Below are positions 62,142 to 64,000 of a DNA stretch of 64,000 bases, in pieces (position 1 is the first letter of the stretch; the number at the start of each line of letters is the position of its first letter). This DNA is from Oligoflexia bacterium (GTDB taxonomy: Bacteria > Bdellovibrionota > UBA1018): assembly GCA_903895855.1 (NCBI GenBank), contig CAITVN010000076.1:7124-71123 (forward strand), written 5' to 3'. A model generated the notes under the pieces. That model had not been told where the DNA came from and did not search any database. It saw only the letters and a list, made by a program, of their open reading frames with translations. The position numbers were made by a program, and so were the translations under genes.

Positions 62142-62771
62142 TTAGTGACTCTCACCTTTCGAATCAGAACCGTTGTCGTGATGTTCTGGTTTTGGAATGA
62201 CGTACGGAGATAAAACAGGATCTTCTACCGTTTGCATTGAAGGAAATTTTACTTTGTGCGGGTTGTGGCAATCGATGCAATGAAACTGAATCTTAGGTTG
62301 CATCCAGCCGCCGGTGCGCTTTCCGTGTAGCCCTTTTTTCCAACTGCGAAATTTCTCTAAATGGCACCTCGCACAAGTGGGTGATGGATTAGTGAAATCA
62401 GCTGGGTGGTCCTTGAAACCACGAAGAAAGTTGTGGTTATTGATGTCGTGGCACGAGTTGCAAGAAAGGTCGCGTGTGCCGTGAGTCGGTGAGATGCCTA
62501 CGTGCTCGAGAACCGTCGCCTTACTTTTTTTCGCAAAAAATCGGTCTTTTTTCACGTGGCAATAGGCGCACTCATTATACCTGTCTGGAAGCTCTCGGGG
62601 CTTTAGTTTTAATAGGCTCGTGTCACTTAAAATGGCGTTTTCTAGGGTCATCAATTCAGGTTTACTGCGGTCGGCGCAAAACGCGATGTTGTCCAGGTTT
62701 GCAATCAATAATAAATTTAGGCAAAGCCCAAGAGTCTCAAGAGTCTTTGGAAAAATTGGCAAGATAAACAA
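62142..62771 (-). CDS. tetraheme c-type cytochrome
   Basis: Heme motifs CAYCH, CNSCH, CARCH and CIDCH. The C-terminal pattern GLHGKRTGGW...CIDCHNPHKVKFPSM...IPKPEHH is paralogous to that of 62896-63387. Confidence 0.8.
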   Translation of the reverse strand: MFILPIFPKTLETLGLCLNLLLIANLDNIAFCADRSKPELMTLENAILSDTSLLKLKPRELPDRYNECAYCHVKKDRFFAKKSKATVLEHVGISPTHGTRDLSCNSCHDINNHNFLRGFKDHPADFTNPSPTCARCHLEKFRSWKKGLHGKRTGGWMQPKIQFHCIDCHNPHKVKFPSMQTVEDPVLSPYVIPKPEHHDNGSDSKGESH

Positions 62772-62895
62772 GATTAACCACCTTAACGAATAAATTTGCA
62801 GTTATTTTTATCTAAAGCTTTTTATGGCAAGAAGCAACGTTACTTTTACTGAGATTCGTTGATTTTGTGTTCGCTCTCAGTTAGGTTCGGACCTC

Positions 62896-63387
62896 ATGAT
62901 TTCACTTTTGCTCATTTTTCTATCTGTCTGCGCGCCCGCTCATGCCGGTAATGTGTTGGGTACTCTTTCACGAGAAGCGCACATGAAATTTTTTCCGTGT
63001 CTGAAATGTCATCAGTCGTACCGCGCAGATTTTTCCGAGAATTCGGCTGAAAAACACCCGAATATGGTGTTTAAGCACATGCCTGAGGTAAAAGAATGTC
63101 GCCTATGCCACAGCACGGTTAAACCAAATCAATTGAATCTTTTGGATGGCACGATCGTGAAGATCGATGAGATGTCTCAACTCTGTGGTCAGTGTCACGG
63201 AAAAATTGAGTACGATTGGGGTCGTGGTCTACACGGTAAAATTACTGGGTCATGGCGAGACAAAAGGTCTCGTCTGCTTTGTTCTGAATGTCATAATCCT
63301 CATGCCCCGAAATTTCCTTTTATGGAGGCGGTGAGTACTCCGTTTCAGTCTGAATACGTTATTCCTAAAGAAGGTCATAATAAATGA
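62896..63387 (+). CDS. tetraheme c-type cytochrome (paralog of 62142-62771)
   Basis: Signal peptide MISLLLIFLSVCAPAHA. Heme motifs CLKCH, CRLCH, CGQCH and CSECH, followed by GLHGKITGSW...CSECHNPHAPKFPFM...IPKEGH. Confidence 0.8.
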   Translation: MISLLLIFLSVCAPAHAGNVLGTLSREAHMKFFPCLKCHQSYRADFSENSAEKHPNMVFKHMPEVKECRLCHSTVKPNQLNLLDGTIVKIDEMSQLCGQCHGKIEYDWGRGLHGKITGSWRDKRSRLLCSECHNPHAPKFPFMEAVSTPFQSEYVIPKEGHNK

Positions 63388-64000
63388 AAAACGATAGCGA
63401 TACCAAAACCAAGAACCCAGCCGAGCCCGAGGCTGTGATTGCAACCGCCGCTGAGAGAGTTGGTAAGGCCATTGAGTCAAAACTGGCTGAACCGGTCGGA
63501 AGAAGAGGGTTTTTAAAGAAGAGTGCCACTGCAGCAGGTATGGTGTCTGCCATTGCCAGTGGTTTTGCATCGAGTAAAACAGCACAAGCATCGGGCCTGT
63601 CGTTTGAGGCGTTTTTTCAGAAACATTACAGAAAATTAACGGCTGAAGATAAGAAGAAGATTCTCGCCCGTTTGCAGCGTGAAGAAAAAGAAGACTACGG
63701 TGTGGATGCCACCATTGAAGATGTGCCGCCCCTAGATGGCGTGAAGTTCGGTTATTTTCTGAATTTGATGAAGTGCAATGGCAATCGTGCTTGCGTTGAT
63801 GCTTGCCGAAAAGAAAACAACCTTGATGAGTCGATTTCTTACATTAAAGTTTTAGAGATGGATCGCGGTAATTTCAATCTCGAGAAGTCAGACCGATTTT
63901 ATTCGGGTACGGTGCCGAAGGCCGGTAAGTTCTATCTGCCTGTGCAGTGTCAGCAGTGCGAGAACGCGCCATGCGTGAAAGCGTGCCCGATTCAAGCGAC
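63384..64000 (+). CDS. Tat-exported 4Fe-4S ferredoxin-type subunit (NrfC/PsrB/HybA-like), partial
   Basis: My own translation reads MKNDSDTK...VGRRGFLKKSATAAGMVSAIASG (twin-arginine signal), then KCNGNRACVDAC and PVQCQQCENAPCVKACP (FeS cluster motifs). The frame is open to the window edge. The ATG overlaps the stop of the previous gene (ATGA). Confidence 0.8.
   Translation, partial: MKNDSDTKTKNPAEPEAVIATAAERVGKAIESKLAEPVGRRGFLKKSATAAGMVSAIASGFASSKTAQASGLSFEAFFQKHYRKLTAEDKKKILARLQREEKEDYGVDATIEDVPPLDGVKFGYFLNLMKCNGNRACVDACRKENNLDESISYIKVLEMDRGNFNLEKSDRFYSGTVPKAGKFYLPVQCQQCENAPCVKACPIQA

Noticed and set aside
1-64000. Search for tRNA, rRNA, tmRNA and RNase P genes, and for integrase, transposase or prophage genes
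   Set aside because: I found no T-loop (GGTTCGAATCC-type) context outside coding sequence, no rRNA-like conserved blocks, and no tyrosine/serine recombinase or DDE transposase motifs in any ORF. Absence judged by eye is not proof; tRNAscan-SE, Infernal and ISEScan should be run.

Overview
This is a gene-dense 64-kb chromosomal segment from a diderm (Gram-negative type) bacterium, roughly 47-48% GC by eye. All calls rest on reading the supplied translations and the DNA for motifs; no homology search was possible. Housekeeping anchors are pal, ssb, recQ, alaS, a fused glyQS and recA. The remaining genes fall into several groups. Envelope and transport: a DAACS symporter, an AEC permease, a five-gene OMP/ABC/FtsX/LolA-like exporter and an orphan family-5 substrate-binding protein. 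Signalling: an HD-GYP protein and a PAS histidine kinase. A small accessory patch at 12.7-17.9 kb holds a signal-peptide ParB-like/NadD fusion, a VOC/RNA-ligase fusion and a Fic plus HTH pair. There is also a MEDS-like/SNF2/SWIM module. A respiratory island at 51.7-64 kb carries six c-type cytochromes with about 38 canonical CXXCH motifs, a porin-like barrel and an NrfD-like/Tat-FeS module. The most unusual signal is non-coding. Three intergenic nested-hairpin elements of 270-325 nt (30721-30990, 36210-36534, 45803-46087) share a conserved ~54-nt apical core and conserved internal-loop motifs. Their long helices (30-41 bp) have unrelated sequences yet stay almost perfectly self-complementary. 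I do not recognise this family. Other non-coding structure: an 18-nt palindrome AACTCCGGCGCCGGAGTT in 5 copies (REP-like), three short tandem repeat arrays in and upstream of an HNH endonuclease gene, and a 20-bp perfect inverted repeat covering a ribosome-binding site. I recognised no rRNA, tRNA, CRISPR array, transposase or integrase.
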